In this document: positions 56,216-64,000 of the stretch, in pieces
Layout: every line of letters begins with the position of its first letter
How positions within the stretch are numbered: the first letter of the stretch is position 1
DNA from: Candidatus Doudnabacteria bacterium
Lineage (GTDB): Bacteria > Patescibacteriota > Doudnabacteria > UBA920 > 2-01-FULL-46-14
Length of the DNA stretch: 64,000 bases
Assembly: GCA_041497195.1 (NCBI GenBank)
Contig: JBGQGB010000005.1
Location: 9,243-73,242 of the forward strand
Direction: 5' to 3'
Program-made: the position numbers and the translations under genes
The notes under the pieces: model-generated
The model's input: the letters and a program-made list of their open reading frames with translations, nothing else
Database searches by the model: none
What the model was told of the DNA's origin: nothing

Positions 56216-57816
56216 TTTGATTCATGCTGAAAAATCAAGGCCACATTGTCGCGATAAACTGTTTGCCAGCCCTGTTGCTTGAGCGCTGCTTCAAACAGAC
56301 AAGGTAAATTATTTTTTCCCGGGGGACCGAAGACAGCCGCGAGCTTGGCCAGGTAGGGTCGTAGAAACGCTGGGCTTTTGGACACAGTTTTATTGCTACA
56401 ATTCGAGTTAGGAATGAGCACTGTGGCGATACGATTGCGCGCAAACACATCCTGCCACTCCCAGTGATCAAGGCTCCTGGGATAAAAGACCTTCACGTAA
56501 TCCGCCATCGCCGAGTACCCAGTCTGCGGATCGAGCCAATGGGGCATCCGCCCGTCAATAAATACCGGCACCTCAGGAAGCGTCCAAATCAAATAACCGC
56601 CCCAGCCATAAAAATTGAACAGATTGCCCACCTGGTTTTGCCCAGCCAGCTGATGCAAAACTAGTGTCGCCTGCTGCGGATAAACCATGGGCCCGGCAGA
56701 AACCGCCGCCGCCAGCAGTAAACAAGCCAAAAAAAATACCAAACCAATTTTCAGCCAGGAAAAAATTTGCAGCTCCCTGGGCAAAAACGGAAACTTGTCC
56801 CGGGCCGCCTTGATGTCCTGCCATAAGTAAACAAACCCCAGAGAAAACAGCGGCATCACGCTCAAGAAAAAAAACGGCCCGTATTTGATACTTTTCACAA
56901 ACGCCAGAAAAAAAATGAGATTGACCAAAATGAGTGGCAGCGGATATTTTCGATAATACCGCGCAATCAGCCACACGTAGACTCCAGCCAGCAAAGTGAT
57001 ACTTGCAAAAACAGACAAAGACAGCCACGGAGAGTCAAATAAACCAGGCAAAGAGATGAGGGGTTGCCATTCGTTGATATAGCGGGCCGTATCTGACGAA
57101 ACAAACACCCGAAAAATCTCGCCATACAAGTGCAGTCCATAGGGATTCAGCAAAGTCGCGACAACACTCAGTACGAAGCTCAAAAGATCAACAGACAAAT
57201 TTCGGAGTTGCTCTGTGTCGCGCCTGGTAAAGGATTGATAAAGACTCGCCAGTAAAAACAAAGCCCACGTGGCCAAACCAGCAGCAAAACCAGCGTGCAG
57301 ATTAGCCCACACCCAAAACATCACCGGAAAAATCAGGAGCACCAGTTGCGCAATCTTTTTGGACCCGCGGGCCACATACCTTTTCAGGCAAAGCTCAAAG
57401 ATCAAAAAAAAGAAAAAAAACGAAATGACTTGCGGCCTGATGCCGATATATTCGCTCATCAAGACGGCCAAAAACCCGACGAACCACAATTCGAACCAAT
57501 TCTTGTAGCGCCTCAGCCAAACCACAAACGGGGCGGCTGCCAGCAGCCCAAAAAATATTACTGCCACCGGCCACAGGTGGTGCCCTTTCAACCACGCTAG
57601 CGCGGCTTCCACGAGCCATTCGTGATCGACCCAGTGGTAACCGGCCATACTGAAGCTGAATGCGTCTGCCACGGGAACTGTTCTGGTCTGCAAGGTCAGC
57701 TCCCCGACACGTAAATGCCAGCCCAAATCCGGGTCAATCCTGGTAGCGGCAATCCAAATAAAACCAACCACAATGAAAATGGCCAGGATGGATTTAAAAA
57801 TTTTTCCCCAACTCAT
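56212..57816 (-). CDS. large polytopic membrane protein, probable GT-C-fold glycosyltransferase-like
   Basis: More than 10 TM helices plus a C-terminal soluble domain; no firm family assignment. Confidence 0.4.
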   Translation of the reverse strand: MSWGKIFKSILAIFIVVGFIWIAATRIDPDLGWHLRVGELTLQTRTVPVADAFSFSMAGYHWVDHEWLVEAALAWLKGHHLWPVAVIFFGLLAAAPFVVWLRRYKNWFELWFVGFLAVLMSEYIGIRPQVISFFFFFLIFELCLKRYVARGSKKIAQLVLLIFPVMFWVWANLHAGFAAGLATWALFLLASLYQSFTRRDTEQLRNLSVDLLSFVLSVVATLLNPYGLHLYGEIFRVFVSSDTARYINEWQPLISLPGLFDSPWLSLSVFASITLLAGVYVWLIARYYRKYPLPLILVNLIFFLAFVKSIKYGPFFFLSVMPLFSLGFVYLWQDIKAARDKFPFLPRELQIFSWLKIGLVFFLACLLLAAAVSAGPMVYPQQATLVLHQLAGQNQVGNLFNFYGWGGYLIWTLPEVPVFIDGRMPHWLDPQTGYSAMADYVKVFYPRSLDHWEWQDVFARNRIATVLIPNSNCSNKTVSKSPAFLRPYLAKLAAVFGPPGKNNLPCLFEAALKQQGWQTVYRDNVALIFQHESK

Positions 57817-58979
57817 ATGGTTTGTTCGCGTGGCTTCGCGATTAGGGTCACAAAGCTGACTATCAAAACCAGAACCCCTAAAATCAGGAATAAACGACTG
57901 AGGCCGAGTTGGTCAGTGAGGAAACCAAACAAAAACAACGTCAAGGCAGCCGCAATCGTCGCTATCATACTCTGCACGGAAATGACCGTGGCGCGGTGTG
58001 TGGAATCAATATAACGATTAGTATAAGTACTCAAGACTGGCTGCAGGATGCCTTGCAAAAACGCATAGCCAAACAAAATCGCCAGGCCCTGTTTCGTGGT
58101 CAAGATGCCAAGCAGTCCGACCAGAATACCCAGGGCCGTCAGACAAAAAGCAAAAATTTTATTTTCCCCAAGCCAAACATAAATTTTCCCTGAAACCATT
58201 CCGCCGAGGGCTTGGATAACGAACATTACCGGCAGGATGACACTAAAAGCGTGAATTGAAAAACCCAAATTTTGCAAATAGGGCTGATAAGAATTGCTCA
58301 AAGTATAAGCCACGCCAAAAACCATTGATAGCACGGCTATAGCCCAGAGCACGAAGCGATTCTGATAGGCAATCAGGACTCCGGTTTTGATCTGGGCCCA
58401 ATGCGCAGTCAGGGTGAACTGGCCCTGCCTCCCCCGATTTTCCTGAAAAAATAACAAGGCGCTGCCAGCGAGAAAAAACGGGATGGCAGAGGCCAAATAC
58501 GCTGAGCGAAAATTAAGCGAATACAGATAGGGGCCGACCACGCCAGCAAGCGCCATACCGGACAGGGCGAAAAAATGGGAGCGACCGACGACTTGGGCGT
58601 AGGTTTTTTCATCCTGTAAGCGATCGTACAGCATAGCTTCATCCGCTCCAGAAATCATAGAAAAACCAAACGACCACAGGAAAAAACTGAAAAAGACTTG
58701 AGTGAAAGTGTGGCTCAGCCCGGTGGCCACAGCGCCTAGAGCCAGGGCCCCACAGCCGATCATCACAGTCGCTTTGCGACCAATCAGATCAGCAAAAGCC
58801 CCGCTGGGGATTTCAAAAATTACAAACATCAGCATATACACGGCGCCCAAAATAAAAATCCTGGAAAAGGAAAATCCCAGGACCCGCTCAAACAGGACAG
58901 TCGTGCCATTAGCGATATAGAGGCCGATGAAAAAACTGTAGAGATAAAAAACTATGACGTCTTTGCGCAGTTTGTCCAA
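57813..58979 (-). CDS. MFS transporter
   Basis: 12-TM pattern with GRKAT-type loop (DLIGRKATVMIG). Confidence 0.75.
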   Translation of the reverse strand: MDKLRKDVIVFYLYSFFIGLYIANGTTVLFERVLGFSFSRIFILGAVYMLMFVIFEIPSGAFADLIGRKATVMIGCGALALGAVATGLSHTFTQVFFSFFLWSFGFSMISGADEAMLYDRLQDEKTYAQVVGRSHFFALSGMALAGVVGPYLYSLNFRSAYLASAIPFFLAGSALLFFQENRGRQGQFTLTAHWAQIKTGVLIAYQNRFVLWAIAVLSMVFGVAYTLSNSYQPYLQNLGFSIHAFSVILPVMFVIQALGGMVSGKIYVWLGENKIFAFCLTALGILVGLLGILTTKQGLAILFGYAFLQGILQPVLSTYTNRYIDSTHRATVISVQSMIATIAAALTLFLFGFLTDQLGLSRLFLILGVLVLIVSFVTLIAKPREQTI

Positions 58980-58996
58980 AATTATTCCAGCCGAAT

Positions 58997-59644
58997 TTAT
59001 TTTTGCAAACTTTCCTGCCGAAACTCAAAATACGAATACCCAACTGTCCACAAAGCCACTCCCAGAATGGGCACCAGCACAAACCAAAACGCGTATCGCG
59101 GCACCACCATGCCCAGCAACCCCACAACTGCAGCCGCGCGAAACAGCTTGCCCCCGAGCTCGTGGGTTTTGCGCCACACAGTCTCACTGCTTAAAGTCCA
59201 GGGAGTGCGGATCCCGATACTCCAATTGGGTTCGGCGTGCGCCACCAAAACGCCGATGCCATAAAATAAAATCACTATGCCCGGCACCAAAAATCGTACG
59301 AAATCAAACTGGTATCCCAAATTCCAAGCCAAGGTTAGGGCGTAGGTATAAAACAGGAAGGCGAAAAAAACCAGGATAAACACGTCAAAGTGCTGGCGAA
59401 ACTTCCGAATATTCTCTTTTTTCGGATCAATCCGCGGGAAAACGAGAAACAACAGCCACAGAACAAAAATAATCACAGGAAACAAAAACGTGCCCCAAAA
59501 CCGCGACATATAGCCGCTTGGCTTACCGCTGGTATTCCAGTGCGAAACGACGAGGGTAGGCAAATGAGGATACGCATACCAACCGACGCCGATGGATACC
59601 AACACCAAAATCAGGACCACGATTTCACTTTTATATAGTTTCAT
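58997..59644 (-). CDS. DUF1648/SdpI-like membrane protein
   Basis: HWNTSGKPSGY motif typical of the DUF1648 N-terminus. Confidence 0.5.
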   Translation of the reverse strand: MKLYKSEIVVLILVLVSIGVGWYAYPHLPTLVVSHWNTSGKPSGYMSRFWGTFLFPVIIFVLWLLFLVFPRIDPKKENIRKFRQHFDVFILVFFAFLFYTYALTLAWNLGYQFDFVRFLVPGIVILFYGIGVLVAHAEPNWSIGIRTPWTLSSETVWRKTHELGGKLFRAAAVVGLLGMVVPRYAFWFVLVPILGVALWTVGYSYFEFRQESLQK

Positions 59645-59779
59645 AAAGCGAAAAAAATACCAAACCGAAATACTCTATCATTATAAGGGGTTCGGCGAAA
59701 CCGCACCAGAATTTTTTCCAAACTGCTGCACCAACCAAAAAGCCCCTGTAACAGGGGCTTTTTGACTTGTGAATCTTTA

Positions 59780-60097
59780 CTATTTCGCCGGGGTCGTAGT
59801 CTGCGGCTGGGCTCCAGAATTGAGCGGCACTGGCTGCATCATATAAGGAGGCCAGTTTATATCGCGATCGTAATGCATGCGGTAGCCATAATCTCCGCCA
59901 AACTCGGCTTTGAATTCGCCAATCTTCATGCCGAGACCGAAAACGATGCCGAGAATGGCAAGCCCCAAAAGCAGGCGCAGAAAAAAGTACCCGTGATACC
60001 CATGACTATGCCCGTATCCGCAATCGCAATTGCCCCAATGGCCGTGCCCGTCTTTGTGACTTCCCTCTTTCATTCCGTCTTTATTCATTTCTTCCAT
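59780..60097 (-). CDS. His/Gly/Tyr-rich small membrane protein (possible metal-binding)
   Basis: GSHKDGHGHWGNCDCGYGHSHGYHGY followed by one TM helix. Confidence 0.45.
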   Translation of the reverse strand: MEEMNKDGMKEGSHKDGHGHWGNCDCGYGHSHGYHGYFFLRLLLGLAILGIVFGLGMKIGEFKAEFGGDYGYRMHYDRDINWPPYMMQPVPLNSGAQPQTTTPAK

Positions 60098-60279
60098 AGA
60101 TTGTGTGTGTAATTTAGAACTAAAAATTATATTCCCTCAACCGACCTTTGCAGACATTGTAGCAGTTTTTTGTCGTCCAATCAATTGAGGGAAATGAAAC
60201 GAGCTACATATGCTCGACACGCCGGATCCCCAAAACTGATCTTCTACAGTCGAATCTTGACACAAAGCGGGAAACAATT

Positions 60280-60432
60280 TTAAGTTTTTCGAATATCCGC
60301 CCAAAGAGAAATGATACCCAAGCACAGAAACAGTATTGCTTCCAGCCAATTATGTTTTTGCAGCGCCTCAATCAACGCGATACCAAAGAAAATGATAAAT
60401 ACCGCTATGTTTGTAAATTTCAAGTTTCCCAT
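60280..60432 (-). CDS. candidate 50-aa two-helix membrane peptide MGNLKFTNIAVFIIFFGIALIEALQKHNWLEAILFLCLGIISLWADIRKT (coordinates +/-1)
   Basis: Hand-translated; not in the ORF track (<60 aa). Confidence 0.3.
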   Translation of the reverse strand: MGNLKFTNIAVFIIFFGIALIEALQKHNWLEAILFLCLGIISLWADIRKT

Positions 60433-60923
60433 GTTGGTATGATCAAAGATAATAAATTGTCTTGGCGGAGAGGGTTAAACTTCACTTCGTTTCGCTTAAC
60501 TTAACTACTCTTCCATTCTTAAACTTCTTCAGCGCCTACTAAGCGAAGCGTTAGCGAAGTTTAATGGCGCAGCTCTACGCCTTTCTTCAAACCTATTTTA
60601 GCAGAAAACAGGGGTAATTTACCCCTACATTCACCCCTACATTCGCTATCCCTCGGAATGTAGGGGTAGCTAGTCTCGATATTGGCTTCAATGCTCGGCT
60701 TTCTCGCTCTCGCTGGGAAAAATCTCAACCCCCACTTCACTCCGCATTACCCCCTCCTTGGTGCCTCCGTTCGAGCCTGTGATTTGATCACGCCCAACTC
60801 GTCGCCGAGTCTGTGCCTTACCGCCCTGCGGGCGGGGGGGTCGGGCGCCCAAAATTCCTCCCCTTGAAAATAATTAGCTCACGGCCGCATGGCCGAGAAC
60901 CGCAAGCGCGAGCGCTTGATCAA

Positions 60924-61715
60924 CTAAGAATCAAGAAACTCGCTCGCTTTCTCTAGCCATTGGTCGGGGTGCGCCCACATGAGCGCATGGTCCGCACCTG
61001 CTATTACGACAAGCTTCGACCCGGCGATGCCGTCGTGGAGCATGGAAGCGTGATGCATCGGAACAGCGTTGTCGTTTGAACCGGCGATGATGAGCGTCGG
61101 ACATCTGATTTCATGCAAACGGCTGCGGCTGTCGAAAGCCATCGCTTCCCTCCACGCGAGCGCAATGGACTTGGCGTCTGCTTCGCCCCAAGTGCTGGCG
61201 ATAAGATTCGCAACCCACGCCCCCTGCTCCTTCGGGATTTGTTTGAGGCCTTGCGATATCATGAGCTTGACGAAAAGCCGCACGCCGAGCAGGCGGATGA
61301 GGAGAGGGACGATATGGCCTTCCAGTTTCTCTTTCATGGTCGCCATGTTGTACGCGTAGGTGTTCGAGAGGATAAGGTGGCGCACTTTCGCCGGATAGTC
61401 GAGCGCGAGTTCCTGAACCACCGGGCCGCCTTGCGAATAGCCGAGTGCGTCCGCCGAAGTGATGCCGAGATGGTCGAGCAATACAGCCAAGTCCGCCGCC
61501 TGTTGTTTTACGGAATAGGGAGGCGGCAAGTTGCGGCTTCTACCCCAGCCGCGAAGGTCGGGAATGATGAGTCGGTGGCGCTTCGAGAGCGGCTCCACGA
61601 CCGGCTCGAACATGTCTCCGCTCATTCCCAGCCCGTGCACCAAAAGTAGCGGCGGCCCCAACCCGCGCTCGGTGAAGTACAGGAGGTCTGACGATGTAGG
61701 AGAGTTCATTTCCAT
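60924..61715 (-). CDS. alpha/beta hydrolase fold protein, conspicuously GC-rich relative to the window
   Basis: HGLGMSG oxyanion region, nucleophile elbow GYSQGG, C-terminal His (GADHALM). Confidence 0.75.
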   Translation of the reverse strand: MEMNSPTSSDLLYFTERGLGPPLLLVHGLGMSGDMFEPVVEPLSKRHRLIIPDLRGWGRSRNLPPPYSVKQQAADLAVLLDHLGITSADALGYSQGGPVVQELALDYPAKVRHLILSNTYAYNMATMKEKLEGHIVPLLIRLLGVRLFVKLMISQGLKQIPKEQGAWVANLIASTWGEADAKSIALAWREAMAFDSRSRLHEIRCPTLIIAGSNDNAVPMHHASMLHDGIAGSKLVVIAGADHALMWAHPDQWLEKASEFLDS

Positions 61716-62259
61716 GAATAATTAAGCATGACTTACGACTTCCTCTCAAATTCCATGAGGAGCGAGAGATAGTGCTTTTAGGTATCTGCATCAATCCAAG
61801 ATGTCGCGAGGGGAGGTATCTTTCCATCTGAAAGGATGATGCGGTTTATTGCATCAAAGTAAAATCCTTCCGGCGTCGCTAGAAAAAGCCACGCGACAGT
61901 CCAGTACTCGCGCACTTTGGCAAAAAGCGATGATAACCAAAACGTGCGCGGGTTCCTCGAAAAGATTGGTTCGAACTTCCGGCTCGCCGCACGGCGGCTC
62001 GATTTTTCCTACACGAACGATTGGATTGTACTATCCGAAAACGACGAACGATTTAATTGGCGGTGACGATGTCCACAACTTTGAACCGAAAGTGCGGCTC
62101 AAATTCGAGAATCTTGATAAAAGTATACAGGAATTAAGACGAATTTATAAGGTTCATCCAGAATGGTTTGAAACACCTAAACCAAAGTCGGATAAGGGTA
62201 AAAACGTCGTAGATTATTCTGTTTTATCTTAGAACTCCACCGCGAGCGGTAAATCCTTG

Positions 62260-62661
62260 TCAGGCTAAAATTTTTCTCTCGCCAAGATAATTCTTCGTTA
62301 TGAACCCAGTCTCGCCCGTAATCTTTGCAACTTGATATGAACTCTCGACAGAATCAATAACAAAGTCGAGACTGTAGAACGATGAAATCGCAATCATTAT
62401 GTCAGTGATGGGCACACTACTCTTAAACGTTCCTCGTTCATCGTCTTTCTCGATTTCAAAAAATTTTTCACTTTCGATTAACTCTTTCAGATGACCATCC
62501 TTAATTCTTCGATCCTGAATATCACACTTTTTAACTTTCCATCCTGCATCTTTTAGCCTTTTTTCTATAGTTGAAGTATCTACTAGGATTGTGACCCACA
62601 AATGTCCCATCATGAGTCGCACGCAATTTTTTGCTGACAAAGGCATAACAGAGTAAGGCAC
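62260..62661 (-). CDS. hypothetical protein (possible start at MMGHLW)
   Basis: ORF only; AT-rich; lies within the decayed element region. Confidence 0.35.
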   Translation of the reverse strand: MPYSVMPLSAKNCVRLMMGHLWVTILVDTSTIEKRLKDAGWKVKKCDIQDRRIKDGHLKELIESEKFFEIEKDDERGTFKSSVPITDIMIAISSFYSLDFVIDSVESSYQVAKITGETGFITKNYLGERKILA

Positions 62662-62695
62662 AATATTGCGAGTAAATTGTCCGTTTTCCTCGTAG

Positions 62696-64000
62696 AAACT
62701 CTCTTGGAACCCGGATCGTCTCGCCAGAAATTCTATAGACGGAGGACAAATTATTTATCTCTTGGACACAGGAAAGATTAAAGATTTGAAATTTCCAACA
62801 CATTGGTTTGAAAATACTCCCCAAGGAAAATTCATGCTAAACATTGCCTTTGGGCAAAGCAAATATTATGTTGATAATCTTTCAGAAAACATCAAACGTG
62901 GACATAGAGCAAAACTTCGCAAAGGAATTTGGCCTAGCTTTGCCCCGCTTGGTTATGTGAACAATCACAAGACGAGAGATGTTGACCTTGATACTGAAAA
63001 AGCTCCGCTAGTCCGAAAAGGTTTTGAGTTATACGCAACAGGTAAATATACACTGAAGCAGATTGCAAGAGCGTTGAAAGACCTCGGACTGCGGAGCTAC
63101 AAAGGCAATGTTCTTGCAGTTTCCTGTGTCCAGAGAATTTTGAAAAGCACTTTTTACTATGGAATTTTCGAGTTCAAGGGCGAGATGCATCAAGGTTCGC
63201 ACGAGCCGTTGATTTCAAAGAAACTTTTTGATAAATGCCAAGAAGTGATGAAAGATCGCGGACATATTAAAACGAGAAAAGCAGAGAACACTTTTCCATT
63301 TCGCAGATTACTCACTTGTGGAGAATGTAGTTGTATGATTACCGCCGAAACACAGAAGGGGCATAACTATTATCGTTGTACTAAAAAGAAAAGTGCTTGT
63401 TCACAAAAATATGTCCGCGAAGAATTACTAACCGAACAAGTGAAAAGTTTTCTTCAAAAAGTTTCTTTGCCAAGCCAAGACACCGAGAAAGTTTTGTGCG
63501 AGCTGGACAAGGACGAGCAGAAAGCTAGGGAGAATAGTAAAGTTTTCGTAGAAAATCTCAAAAGTGAGTTAGCTGATGTTGAAGTACGGTTAGACAAATT
63601 GCTTTCTGCCTATCTCGATGAAGTAATCACGTCAGAAGAATATGCCGCGCAAAAACAAAAAATGCTCGACCAGAGAGTAGAGCTTAAAGAGAAAATCACT
63701 GAAATTGAAGACAAGGGTGTGTCTTGGCTCGAACCGGCTCGTGCGTGGGTTAAATCCTTGAATCAGGCGGAGAACTTGCTTGAGAGTGGGGATAAATCGG
63801 AAATGACAACATTTCTAAAACAAATCGGCTCGAACCATATTTTGATTGATAAATCCTTTTCCTTTTCGCCCAAAAAGTCCTTTCAAATCCTATGCGAGCG
63901 GCGCGTTCCGCGCCGCGAGGTTGAGCTTTCTTTCTTGCAAAATTCCAATTGGCGGTGTGTATTGAACGAAGTTCGAATGTATTTTGAATTGAATCCTGAC
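62696..64000 (+). pseudogene. large serine recombinase (resolvase/recombinase/zinc-ribbon type), N-terminal catalytic region interrupted by two in-frame stops; 3' end runs off the window
   Basis: Downstream frame reads ...DRLARN..., the recombinase domain and a C4 zinc ribbon (CGECSCM...YYRCTKKKSAC) with no stop before 64000; upstream in the same frame FFADKGITE-TAA-GTILRVNCPFSS-TAG-KLSWNPDRLAR; no catalytic Ser motif recognisable. Confidence 0.55.

Noticed and set aside
60617-60680. CRISPR array
   Set aside because: Only two direct-repeat copies with no spacer between them, plus an inverted repeat, and no cas genes; this is not a CRISPR
61849-62232. 127-aa plus-strand ORF and the stop-free 85-codon minus-strand frame in the 61.75-62.26 kb segment
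   Set aside because: Composition switches mid-ORF from GC-rich to AT-rich and there is no credible start/RBS or recognisable domain; treated as decayed fragments within the putative island remnant

Overview
This 64-kb window is a gene-dense, mostly minus-strand-coded stretch of a bacterial chromosome with about 48-50% GC. Core housekeeping content includes an unlinked 16S rRNA gene, tRNA-Val(GAC), tRNA-Leu(UAG), rpsP-khpA-trmD-rluA-rplS, nusA, clpP, rny-ymdB, rnc-smc, ftsH, recA, rodZ-ftsK, sufS-sufU-sodA and a DinG-type exonuclease. Several features fit a small-genome Patescibacteria/CPR-like organism (inference): a 16S with a mismatch in the universal 515F site, no 23S/5S next to the 16S, many small membrane proteins, an archaeal-type GAPDH-like gene and widespread leaderless promoters. 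The most unusual content is a tandem array of seven paralogous VirB2/TrbC-topology 'pilin-like' genes at 38.9-42.2 kb. It sits next to a tRNA-Leu-flanked plus-strand island at 34.7-38.8 kb carrying a polytopic membrane protein with a C-terminal lytic transglycosylase (SLT) domain, a cold-shock-domain fusion protein with a long 5' UTR, and two hypotheticals. Genes in that island use strong Shine-Dalgarno sites and have higher GC than the leaderless surrounding genome, which is consistent with a type IV secretion/pilus-like module that is partly horizontally acquired. Other notable items are an eight-gene redox-repair operon (msrB-ccdA-tlpA-like plus an XRE regulator, a membrane protein, an FMN reductase and a small protein) behind a palindromic operator, and a DUF134/DUF5320 small-protein pair. 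The window also contains a roughly 590-bp hairpin-rich intergenic region that may encode an ncRNA, and a GC-rich hydrolase beside a degraded large serine recombinase at the window end. All calls come from reading the sequence and the ORF translations; no database searches were run.
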